NCBI GenBank assembly: GCA_964035545.1
Contig: OZ037768.1
Coordinates: 17,963,700-18,027,699, forward strand
Origin: Bugula neritina
Lineage: Eukaryota; Animalia; Bryozoa
DNA length: 64,000 nt
Reading direction: 5' to 3'
The first letter of the stretch is position 1, and every line of letters begins with the position of its first letter. The notes beneath the pieces were generated by a model. It searched no databases and was not told the DNA's origin. It worked only from the letters and a program-made list of their open reading frames with translations. The position numbers and the translations under genes were made by a program. Positions 1 to 10,529 of the stretch are shown one piece after another.

Positions 1-72
1 TTAGAGGTCAGGGGTTTGATTACATAATTTTTACAAAATTTGGTGGGGATTATTGAAACAATGCTGTATATT

Positions 73-150
73 ACCACTGGTGCTTGGACTTAAACCACTG
101 ACCTTGTATTTACTAGGCCAGCACTCTAACCACTACACCATGGCTGCTCC
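73..150 (-). mobile_element. tRNA-derived SINE head (fragment)
   Basis: Minus strand reads GGAGCAGCCA-TGGTGTAGTGG (A box) ... GGTTTAAGTCC (degenerate B box). No full cloverleaf. Starts with the same GGAGCAG as the SINE at 44425. Confidence 0.55.
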
Positions 151-362
151 CTTCTAGGTGACATAAAAAATTTACTTGCCTTAAACGTCACTAATATTTA
201 CTTAAGTTTTCGGTCAAGTAGACTTGAATATCACCAAAACATTTTTGCATGAGTCACAACTCCAATTGGTCTGCTCTTAATGTGATTTAACTTGCAGCAA
301 GTTTAGTTCAGCTATGATATATGTCACCCACTAATTTTATGTCAATTAAAACAAACACTTAC

Positions 363-1490
363 ATTTGAAATCTTGTTTTTTCTGAAAATTCACTAGCTTT
401 TTCAATTCATCTAGCTCTTGTTGTCGTCCATAGATTTGCTCATTTTTCCGGCAGAAATATTGATCATTCTTAGCAGAAATCTGTACCAAATAACTCATTT
501 TGTCTCTTACCTGAAGTAACATGCAAAAAATACTCTAAAAACATTTCAAAAACAATCAAAAGTCAGTCCACAGTAGCTAAATAATACGTTAGACGATAAT
601 TAAAATATTAGTAAAAATAAAATACCAATCTTATTCTTTGTACCGTACAATGGCACTTACTTCAGGTTGAAGGTCGTGAATAACTTTGGGAATAAACTCA
701 TGCAAGACTTGAACTACTCTTTGGATGTCATCGTTGTAGAGCTTTAAAAGTACTTGAAAGACGTCTTCCCATTTTTCTTGAGAAATCAGCTCAGTATAGT
801 GGTCTTGGGCCATGGAGAGTCTAAGACACTCAGTTTGAAATTCTTCTACAGCTTTTGAATGCATTTCTATAAAATATTTAATACAATGTAAGCATTAGTG
901 TCACAAAATGATTGGGCTTCACATTAAAATAAAGACTTAATATAATAGAAATAGTCTAAATTCATCAATGTATATTCCACGGAAGTTAATGAAAGCAGTT
1001 CTTGTTTCCAAGAACAAAGTGTATACAGCTTTCAGTTCCATAAAGCACATAATTAATAAAATGAGAGACATGTATAAATATGTAAATGACTATGTCTATG
1101 TTGAATTTCAACAAAAAACTGCTATGTTGTACTATTATGAAAAACAATTTTTTCCTAGAACAAAGGCAGGACGATTCTTATAAAACTAGCTGGTGTTGAA
1201 CATCGCAAGCTACAGTAGTTTTTAAAAACATAGTATTGGAGTCTAGAGGCTAAATATGACATTCAAAAATGAAAAATATTAAGACCTGTTGTATTTTTCT
1301 AAAATGGGACAGTCTCATAGGTTCAAAGCAAACAGTGAATACCTCTACTCAGTGCCGAAAACACTTGGCCAATCAAGCGTTTGTAGGATACCAACTTCTC
1401 CAACTTTGGCACAAGCACCAAAGACGTATCACTAGTCTCCATAGTCTCATTGTCTACGTCTGGTTGTTCAAAATCCATACAGCCCGCCAT
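363..1490 (-). CDS. 5' part of a DED-like death-fold / STAND (NB-ARC) protein, NLR-like gene A; continues beyond left edge
   Basis: Exons 1490-1343, 866-661 and 510-363 splice in frame (GT-AG; phases 1,0,1): MAGCMDFEQ...SYKRLIGQVFSALSREMHSKAVEEFQTECL...EDVFQVLLKLYNDDIQRVVQVLHEFIPKVIHDLQPE VRDKM...EQIYGRQQELDELKKLV. Aligns to gene B (31159+) with the same intron positions and phases, and carries the pre-P-loop 'YGRxxEL' motif. A probable 5'UTR exon lies at about 1679-1831. Confidence 0.7.
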
Positions 1491-2350
1491 CTTTAAAACT
1501 GAAATTTAGTTAGGAAATACTTTTTTTACTTATTTAAATCCCTTTCTTACTACCATTAATTGAATCCATACTATCTACATATATTATATAAAATATTTTT
1601 AGCTATACTTCAGCAAATGGTAATGCATTGAAACATACAAGAAAATAAACTGCAAAAATTGAGATGAATTAAATATACCTTTATAGATAATAAATTCTTA
1701 CATCAGACTCTCCACCATGGCCTTCTAATTGCATGATTAATGCAAAATGCAATGTCTTTTATTTCATAGTCTTATGGATGTGTACATGTGAATAGCCATG
1801 GCGTTTTAGTCCTAGCTAGTATCACATTTTCCTGAAATAGTATTTGAAGGATATTTAAATAAAACATGCACACACCATGCCGTACTGCGGGTGACTCTAT
1901 TATAGATTATAATAAAAATTACAACATTTATATGATTTGTCATTATTTATTAATTATGTTACTAATCTTGACCCTATAAATTCAGCTGCCAATAAATACA
2001 TATTGACTAAGTATTTGTAGAAAAAATTAGGAGGTATAAAGAGCTAAGAGGGAGAAATTTAAAGCAACACCTAGATGAAATATTTTGCAAACTTAACCCT
2101 CATGCTGTAAACACTATTAATCTGGTCACATAATTTTACTTTAATTTAAACACAACTTGATTTAGAACAATTCAAATATTTTTGATATAGCAAAGCAAAA
2201 GATTTAAACAGAAGGTAAAATAAGCTTGCATTCAAATTTTGCAACATGTTTTCGTGTCTGTGATAAATCAATTCATCAATCAAATATGATAAATTGAAAA
2301 CATCACTGATACAGCTGACCAATTATGGGTTATCGTCACTTATTTTCAAA

Positions 2351-3185
2351 TCATAAATGATCTGCCAGAAGCTGTAACATGTGGTGTTAGTTTGTATGCT
2401 GATGACATCCTACTTCACTCAGAGGTTAACAATGGCGAAGATAAGAAAACGCCATTCAACACTGATAGGTGCAAAGTTATTACATTTCGCAAAGGGCCAT
2501 CAGCAAATCCAACATACTCCCTCGGTAACACTCTACTTGAATGTGTTGAGCACACCACATATGTTGGCGTAAAAAATGCAATTAAACTTGAAGTTTGAAA
2601 AACATATAACATCAAAAATCAAGAGCGCATCTAAAATTCTCGGCTGTATAAAATACTCCCTGCATGAAGCGACCGAGAGAAGCAAGTTGCTTGCGTATAC
2701 TAGTTTCTGCCGGCCAATCCTTGAATACGGTGATACTCTTTGAGACCCAACTGAGAATAACACTTGCGATGCTATTGAGCATGCACAATCTCAAGCAATT
2801 TCCTTTAATAAAAACATCAGTGATAGGCATGGAATAACTGAAAGTCGAATGTAACTAGAGCTTAAACCACTACAAAAAAGACGAAAGTCACACAGGCTGT
2901 CATTACTGATGAGAACACTCTCGGATGAAACCAGGCACCAGGCCCTTGCCTCAGCATATGATGAGCTGGTTAGCAGTAGAAGCCAGACAGCTATGATCAC
3001 ACGAGCTGCAAACAGAGAAGAACCAACCTCAATATATGCATCGAGTCAGAAATATTGCAACAGCTTCCTTTCGAGCTGCGTGAGGGAGCTTATGCTAGGG
3101 TCAAATAACACTCAACAATAAGCAGCTGTCACTGCTACACTAAATAAACACTGATTAGACACTGAGTTACGAGGTGAGTTACTTT
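2351..3185 (+). mobile_element. Degenerate 5'-truncated CR1-group LINE fragment (RT C-terminal half)
   Basis: INDLP...VSLYADD, KLLAYTSFCRPILEY and SFL remnants, broken by stops and frameshifts; homologous to the RT ends of the other LINEs in the window. Confidence 0.85.
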
Positions 3186-3249
3186 ATTTTCATTTTGGCA
3201 GTTATGAAAATTTGATTTAGGTAGAGTTCCACAAAGCCCGCCACTTATA

Positions 3250-3550
3250 GCAATACTAATACTAATACTGTAATACAGTATTACTAATACTAATAGTTAT
3301 ACTCATACTGAGCTACTTCTACTTATAGCTATAGTCTTACAAGTTATTGTTATAGAGTTAATCATTTAATTTTATACTTGTACTTGGTCGTATAGCAGCA
3401 TAAATACTAATAATAATAGTAGTAGTAATACTAATACTTATAATTATACACTATTACTAATACTAATACTATTAGTATTAGTATAACTAATACTAATAGT
3501 AATAGTAAATCAAAATGTAATACTAATAGTGTTACTATTAGTATTAGTAT
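3250..3550. repeat. Low-complexity (TAC/TAA/TAG) hexamer-periodic tract; continues at 5215-5460 on the other side of the LINE
   Basis: Runs such as actaatactaatact, tagtattagtat and agtaatagtaat flank both ends of the 3551-5195 LINE. Confidence 0.75.
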
Positions 3551-5195
3551 TTACATCAACTTACATCAATGGTGACATGGCGCTAGACCGCCTAGTGGCA
3601 TAAGGGGCGCGCCTCAGTTTTTGGTTGTGATTGAGCAGTAGAGTAATATTTTCAACAGTGTATCAGATTTCATAGGTAGGCATATTGCTTCAGAGAGGGT
3701 GTATTAACCCATTCAGTAATTTGTCATGAGCTTTACTTGTTTTTATGCATTATTTCTTCAGATCACAAATCGTGCGTGGGACAAAACTGTTGTAGGAGTT
3801 GCCAGTTGTGGAGATAGATCTAGGTTCATTTCTGGACTGTGATCTGGTATGAATTGCTCCTTCAGTCTGTTTTATAACTTTTTCATAGGCAGCGCAGAGT
3901 ACGAGATGGGCATCTTCCTTCGCTATAATATTCAGCAGCAGTTTAATTCTGCATTTTGGCATCTTTCACTAAGCAGTTTCAGTCGGAGCTCCTCTCTGGC
4001 TTCGGTAACGCCTCTTCTGCCTTTCAAGTCACTAATCATCCTGATTGCCTGGCTTTGCACCATCTCCAGTTGATCTATTTCTTTCTTTGTCCAGGGATCC
4101 CATGCGCAGGAAGCATACTCCAGATGTGGGAGACACAGAGACTTATATGCTATCAGCCTGGCTCTCGCTGGTGCCCAGTATAGAGCTCTCCTGATCATAC
4201 CAATTTGCTGTCTGGCCTTGCATGTTTTATGTGCTATGTGGTTGTTAAACCTCAAGTTAGATTGCAGAGTCACTCCTAGGTATTTGCAGTGGTCAGTGTG
4301 TTCTAAGGCTATATTGTTCATGGTGTATTCAGGGACTGGTATGCGGGCTTGAAAGGCAATGATTTTACATTTAGTAACATTAAAGCTCATTTCCCATCTG
4401 CCAGCCCACCCAGTTAGCAAATTCAGATTTGCCTGAAATCTCCTTTCATCCTCTGTGTTGTTTACAACTTGGTACATAAGGGTATCATCAGCAAACAGCA
4501 CAACAGAGCAATCAACTTGGCTAGGAAAGTCGTTTATGTACACAAGAAATAGCACGGGGCCTAACACCGATCCCTGTGGAACACCTGATGTCACAAGAAG
4601 AGAGCTAGATTTAGTACCATTGAGAATTACTGATTGTGATCTGTTACATAAAAAGTCATGGATCCAGTCAAGTAGATAACTATCAACTTCTGGAATGGCT
4701 GTCAGTTTTTCCATCAGCAGTGAATGCGGAACACGATCAAAAGCCTTTGATAGGTCGAGAACAGCGGCGTGAACACTTGACTTTTTATCAGTAGCTGATA
4801 TAATCTCATGAAGAGTGGAGCATATTTGAGTTTCGCAAGACAGTCCTTGTCTGAATCTATGCTGCCTTTTATGTAGCCAGCCATCAATCTTACCTAGGAG
4901 GTTTCTGAGCACAATATGCTCAAGCAGCTTACAGGGAATACTTGTTAGGGAGATAGGTCGATAGTTATTTGCGTCATGTTTACTTCCCTTTTTGAAACCG
5001 GTGTAACATGAGCAGTTTTCCATTCAGATGGCAGTTTGCCATGTTTGAGGGATTTGTTGAAGATGTGAGTCAAACAACCTGCGGTCTGTTCGATGTCCAG
5101 AGTTAGGTCTTCCTTCTTTAATCCATCGGGACCTGGGGCTTTTCCTGGCTTCAGGTTGTGTAGCAGCTTAATTACTCCGTGTGCATTTATCTCTC
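3551..5195 (-). mobile_element. 5'-truncated CR1-group LINE (RT domain, near intact)
   Basis: ORF 3932-5023 has NYRPISLTS, GVPQGSVLGP and FADD; KAPGPDG at the 5' break; SFVPRTI at the C-terminus; structured 3'UTR and (TTGATGTAA)2 tail at 3551-3570. Confidence 0.92.
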
Positions 5196-5589
5196 CTTTG
5201 CATTAGTTAAACTTATATAACAATACAGCTATGAGTTATAGTATTAGTAATACTAATAGTAATAATAATAGTAATACTAATACTAATATCGTTATTACCT
5301 ACTAGTATAACTATTACTATAACTATAACATTATGATTATCATTATGATTAAGTTTAACTATAACCTATAACTTATAGTATAAGTATTGGCTTAAATTTA
5401 TATTTTATTGACTATAGCTAAGCCTAATGCTATAGTTATACTTATGCTATTAAACTATATATCTACTTAGTTTCCCAGCTTCGAATAATTACAAACAAAC
5501 CTGCTAGATATCTATAATCAACACGAGAAGGAACTATTATTTATGACCACTGAAATATAATACTGAAAAAGAATACGCTTTCACTTAGT

Positions 5590-5687
5590 AAATAGTTTAG
5601 CAGAACTGATCTACAAGCAGCTCCGAGTTGGGGGATAAAAGACTACTTTAGTTTGAAGCTCTCAAGTTTGGAGTTGGGGGACCTAAC
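5590..5687 (-). repeat. Dispersed ~100-bp segment shared with 16270-16390, upstream of both NLR-like paralogues
   Basis: Minus strand CCCCCAACTCCAAACTTGAGAGC...CCCCCAACTCGGAGCTGCTTGTAG...CTAAGTGAA matches plus strand 16274-16385 CCCCCAACTCCAAACTCGAGAAC...CCCCCCAACTCGGAGCTGTTTATAG...CTAAGTGAA. Confidence 0.75.
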
Positions 5688-5717
5688 CATCGAACTCAAT
5701 AATATTCCAGCTCAGTG
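5688..5717 (+). mobile_element. 30-bp insert with 8-bp TSD (putative P-element excision footprint), copy 1
   Basis: GACCTAAC [CATCGAACTCAATAATATTCCAGCTCAGTG] GACCTAAC (TSD 5680-5687 and 5718-5725). Confidence 0.75.
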
Positions 5718-5731
5718 GACCTAACCGCAAA

Positions 5732-5765
5732 CACTGAGCTGGAATATATATTATTGAGTTCGATG
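5732..5765 (-). mobile_element. 34-bp insert with 8-bp TSD (putative P-element excision footprint), copy 2
   Basis: ACCGCAAA [CACTGAGCTGGAATATATATTATTGAGTTCGATG] ACCGCAAA (TSD 5724-5731 and 5766-5773); reverse complement of copy 1 with a longer central junction. Confidence 0.75.
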
Positions 5766-5785
5766 ACCGCAAACTAATGCATTAA

Positions 5786-6128
5786 GCCTAGGGCCACACT
5801 GTGCGTATTTTCGCATGCGAAAATTAAAATCACAAGTAGCAAAGGTGTCCACTGTAGCGTCAGTGATGCGTGATAAATAAAGCTTTCATTTTCAAATCGC
5901 ACTCGCTTTCAATAAAACGCAATTTACTGGAATATAGCACTAAATAAAGAAATTGGGCTCGCTGAATAGCTACCAGCCAATTAGGTGACGACGACAGAGA
6001 CGATTCGCACTTGCGTTGAAAATGCAGAGCGACAAGTGCGAAAGTTTTTTCAACGCGCACAGTGGACACCTTTGCTACTTGTGATTTCAATTTTCGCATG
6101 CGAAAATACGCACCGTGTGGCCCTAGGC
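5786..6128. mobile_element. PIF/Harbinger-type MITE (343 bp)
   Basis: ~70-bp terminal inverted repeats GCCTAGGGCCACACTGTGCGTATTTTCGCATGCG... / ...CGCATGCGAAAATACGCACCGTGTGGCCCTAGGC flanked by TAA on both sides. Confidence 0.88.
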
Positions 6129-6469
6129 TAAGTCATTCCGAACTTGGAGCTGCTTATAGAGTAATTCAAATTAAATCGATTTTAGTGGTGACAACCACTG
6201 CTCGGCCCTCATAGTCGACCCCTTTTATTGCGGGGAGCCTAAAACTACAGACTGTCGTTCAGCGAGTCCTGTAATATCCGAAAATCGTATTTTAATCACA
6301 ATCACAAAATAAAAATGAATTCAGAATCGTATTGATATTAATATTTGTGTTTTCTGCTCTTTTTTGTCGTTTTCAAGGGACGGATTAATATTATAATTAA
6401 TTGTTCACTACATCAGAGTGCAATTCGGCTGACTCGAATTGATTTGGTCACTTGCTATAAATTTTAGTA

Positions 6470-7000
6470 AAGTAAAAGTCGTTAGCTATAGTTAGAGTTA
6501 GACTCAGACTGAGTTACTGTTACTGTTGGTGTTACTGGTAGTGAGTTTGAGTTATTGTTAAGTTAAGTTAGTATAAGTATAACTATAAGAATAAGTATTA
6601 CCTAAATCACCTTGACCCAGGGGCCAAGGTGATTTAGAATATTATAATTGGTATAACTAGAAGATTAACTTTAAGTATAATTCAATAATTGCCATTGCCC
6701 ATTGGTAAGTCACCAAGTGTTTCAGAGTTTAAGTTTTGACTTTGACTTTAGGTTTAACCCGTTTGAGTTCATAGCCACACTCAGTATCACTATCACTATC
6801 AGTATGAGTGAATCTGACTGTCTAAAAGTAAGTGTAGCACTAACAGTAAATAACTAAATTAATAGTTATACTTGTAGTTATAATAATACTTATAACTTAT
6901 AAGTTATAATACTTATAGTTATAGTTATACTCATGGTTATTCTTTCAGTTGATATAATTACTAATAGTAATGCTATTGCTTATAGTTATTAGTATAAGAC
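6470..7000. repeat. Hexamer-periodic, palindrome-rich low-complexity tract
   Basis: gttagagttagactcagactgagttactgttactgtt, tatcactatcactatc, ttataacttataagttata. Confidence 0.7.
6602..6637. repeat. Short hairpin (13-bp arms), likely internally deleted MITE
   Basis: CTAAATCACCTTG-acccaggggc-CAAGGTGATTTAG. Confidence 0.55.
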
Positions 7001-7635
7001 TACAAGTGTTACATTTAGATTTAGTTTTAATCATACTAGCATTACATTTATATTTAGTTCTACTACAGTTTTACAACATTAGTGTTCTTATTAATGATAT
7101 TGAAGTTCGATATTGAGTGGATGAGAAAATTTATTAAATAAAATTTGAAAGATATGGAAAAACCTGCAAGTAAGGGTCCTTTCTTGTTACCTCAACAAAT
7201 AAATAAGTAGTCTTAATCAAAGCTGGCAAGTTGGCACTACATAATGATGAGTTTCCTCAAAGAACAAGATTTCAAATCTGGCACCAAAAACTGTTGTATA
7301 TATTCAAAATATGTATAACAATAGAGACAACTCAGTCAGTACACTCATTTTTTGGGTCAATAACTTCATTTTCTGCCGCTGATATAACTACAAAATTGCT
7401 CAAATGAAATTTGTGCTGCAACTGAAGCTCTGCATAGATGACAGTGGAGAAATAAGCTTTTTCATCACTGATCCTCCAGTTATGATGAAAGTTATTGCAA
7501 ACCAATAAAACTCAGGCATGATGATCAGAGCTGGAAACCGAAGCAAGCTGCTGATTATACCTGGTACTATCAATAGGCCTACTTACTTATCACAACAGCT
7601 TTGTGCCAACAATGATTCGAGATATATGGTGCTAA

Positions 7636-8922
7636 AGCTACATGTACACAGGCCGATTTTCATGAAAATCGGCCGATAAGCTGTTAGCGACTTTTTAGGA
7701 TTTTTGAAAAATCGGCCGATTTTTGCTTTTGGCCGATTTTTGCTTTTGGCCGATTTTTGAAGCGATTTTCAAAATTGAACATGTTCAATTTTTCGCCGAT
7801 TTTCTGTGGAACCAGCCAATCAAAAGGTGGCAGAAAATTATGACAGCGAGCAAAGTTAACACCATTATTGAAATACAACCAAGAAGTAATTAATACGTTG
7901 CTATCACTACGATACATCATATAATAAAATACAAATAACTAAAATAACTATCAATAGCAGTAGTAGCAATAATAACAACGCTTTGGTTGTCGTGTAACTT
8001 TGAGAAAGTTAGTTTCACTTTCGTGGAAATTCATTAAATTTTGCTCTTTTTTAAAAAGACAAATATCATTATTCTTAACTTTTACTCATGTAAAATATAA
8101 TTTATAACTTGTAGTTTATATGTTGTTGTTTTTATATTCATGTAACCAGTATTAGTATGAGATTGAGCATCTCAACTTTACGATTTAAATATTTTCTTAG
8201 AGAGAAGATTTGCCGTGCTCTACAGTTTTCATTACCTGTATAAACAATAACGCTTGAGTTAAACTTCTAGTTTTAAACTGAATAGCTTTAAAAAATTGAT
8301 AGGTGATGTTAATAGTGTAGCTTAGTGATTTATGAATAATTATAGGTAATAAATATGGTTAAATAGAAAGCTACCAAGCCAGCTATTTGCTTTTTGATTT
8401 AATACTAAAATTAGTGATAAGTTTTTACGCAATTTTCAAATGCAGCAAGCTGCTAACAAATTATACGCTGCCAATTTACTTTATTCATTTTTTATTTATT
8501 AGAGTATCAGAATAAACATATTGCTTTTTTAAATAGAACACTGGTATTATTCTTAACTTTCATTTATAATATAATTTATAACTTGTTGTTTTACTTTTTA
8601 TATTCATGTAACCAGTATCAGCGTCTTAACTTTACAGTTTAATTTTTTGTTGACAGTTTCTAGCCATTTCACTTGTTAAAATAATGTATATAAAATGCCG
8701 ATGTATGTTTACTATGCTAATGCACATGCAACTAATCTTGACCTTTGCGTATGAATCTAAAAGAAAGTTATATAGACCGAGAACCATCCGCCAGTAAAAC
8801 AAAAGCAGGAAAATAACGCGGGAAATAAAATCGCCTAGAAAATCGGCTGATTTTGCAATCAGCAATAGCGAAATCGACAAGCACAAAATCGGCTGAAAAA
8901 ATCGACTTGTGTACATGTAGCT
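7636..8922. mobile_element. Non-autonomous PIF/Harbinger-type DNA transposon (1287 bp)
   Basis: TIRs AGCTACATGTACACAGGCCGATTTT / AAAATCGACTTGTGTACATGTAGCT, TAA duplications at 7633-7635 and 8923-8925, subterminal GGCCGATTTT / AAATCGGC repeats, internal duplication about 8050-8180 vs 8525-8640. Confidence 0.88.
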
Positions 8923-8966
8923 TAAGTACACATGAATGTAAGTAAACCATTAGGCATAAATGAGGC

Positions 8967-9037
8967 ATTCTCTGAGGGAGTAAAACACTTTATTTTACAG
9001 GAAATGTAAAATAAAGTGTTCTACGCCCTCAGAGAAT
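8967..9037. repeat. 71-bp near-perfect hairpin (MITE remnant)
   Basis: ATTCTCTGAGGGAGTAAAACACTTTATTTTACA-ggaaa-TGTAAAATAAAGTGTTCTACGCCCTCAGAGAAT. Confidence 0.7.
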
Positions 9038-10529
9038 AAGTATTATTATTATCATTATTATCAGAATATTTATAGCACATCATCACCTATCATATTAAGA
9101 TTGTATAGCATTTTTATTCAAATTTATTACAAAAGTTATTTTATTATTGAAGTATTTTATTGTTTGATTATATATAAATATAAAGGTTAAACCAGTTTAA
9201 ACTACCGAACTAATATTTTTTTAAATTCCAACTAAACTACTAAATAAAAATCTTTTCTAATACTGAATTTGGTTTTTTTTTTCTTTACTGAATAATTTTC
9301 AATTTAATTCAGTTTAAGCCTAAATTTTCAATTGAGCATTACATGTAATGCATGTAAATACTCATAAATCGGCTTGACATAAGACTTGCGAGTAAATCAA
9401 GTACACTGACCTATGCTTGTTTTCAGTTTATGTGAGCTATGGTTCGATTTGACTTTACCTTGTCATGGTTTCAGCTCAACTCTAATAAATATTACTTATA
9501 TATAAAAATAGACTAATTTAACATTTTGTATATGAACTATAAGGTTGTGAACTGCTCAATAGAATATTAATTTTGTATGTTACAAATGTAATGTAGATGA
9601 ATTTATTGTTTTTATTCGTTTTTTATGTTAGTGTTACATGCTAAGATCAAGATAAGGTAGAACTCGAAACTGATCAGACAGTTGAAAAAGTTGCTAATAT
9701 TGCAAGTAAAAATATAGAAATTATAATTGACAAAATTGGTAATAAATTAATCAACTTTTTAGCCAAGGACAACTTTTATCGTTCTATAAAGTTTAGAGAA
9801 GTTTTAGTGAAAAAAATTCTAATTATGCATACCGATAATATTGTAAATGATATTAAGTTTCACAATTTATATTATGTTGTTATCTTTCTATTGGTTACTG
9901 CATATATACTATAATTAAGAGGGAAAAATTTTAGGCTGAATGAAATTATTCTAAAGCAATCAACACAGTGGTTATTTTCATAAGTAAAAATTGGAAGTCC
10001 AACTTATGAGATCACAGTTGATAACAAACGTAGAAATATGGCAGAAAAATTACAAATAGTTTTATGTGCATAATTACAACTTAATTTACTCAATGTTATG
10101 CTGGCAATGGTTTTCATATTGTGTATTTGTTTGTTCTCTAAATTCTGTGCTTTGTCACTTATGTTGAATTAATGGTATTATGATTTGTTTGTATATATGG
10201 CTACTGTAATCATTCTGTAGCGTATTGAAGTTACTCCTTGCCTGACTTTAAAATTAACAACTTGATTTAGCTTTATTTTTTTCTTTGATGTAATTTATCT
10301 TTTATCTATAATGCATTATTTTAATTGTCTATATTGCACCCATCTGTGGCAAAACCATATTTTAATATTTCTTCTTCAGCCAGAATCATTGTTTATTTTG
10401 AAGATCGTATTTTAGCATATAACTTTATTATACAGCAGTGCTATTGTAATTTTTTTCAATTCTTCAATTAGAAACTGTTTTTATTTTTTAGATTTCAAGT
10501 TAGCTTCCTTTGCTACAAGTTCTTGAAGA

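Noticed and set aside
3570-3620. HDV-like ribozyme in the LINE 3'UTR
   Set aside because: No nested double pseudoknot could be drawn, and retroelement HDV-like ribozymes are normally at 5' ends; a simple two-stem structure fits.
5688-5765. Single hairpin MITE or pre-miRNA
   Set aside because: The loop is a copy of both flanks, which resolves into two separate inserts each with its own 8-bp TSD.
7150-7630. Slightly GC-richer stretch that might be an exon or transposase remnant
   Set aside because: No open frame with recognisable motifs and no convincing splice pair.
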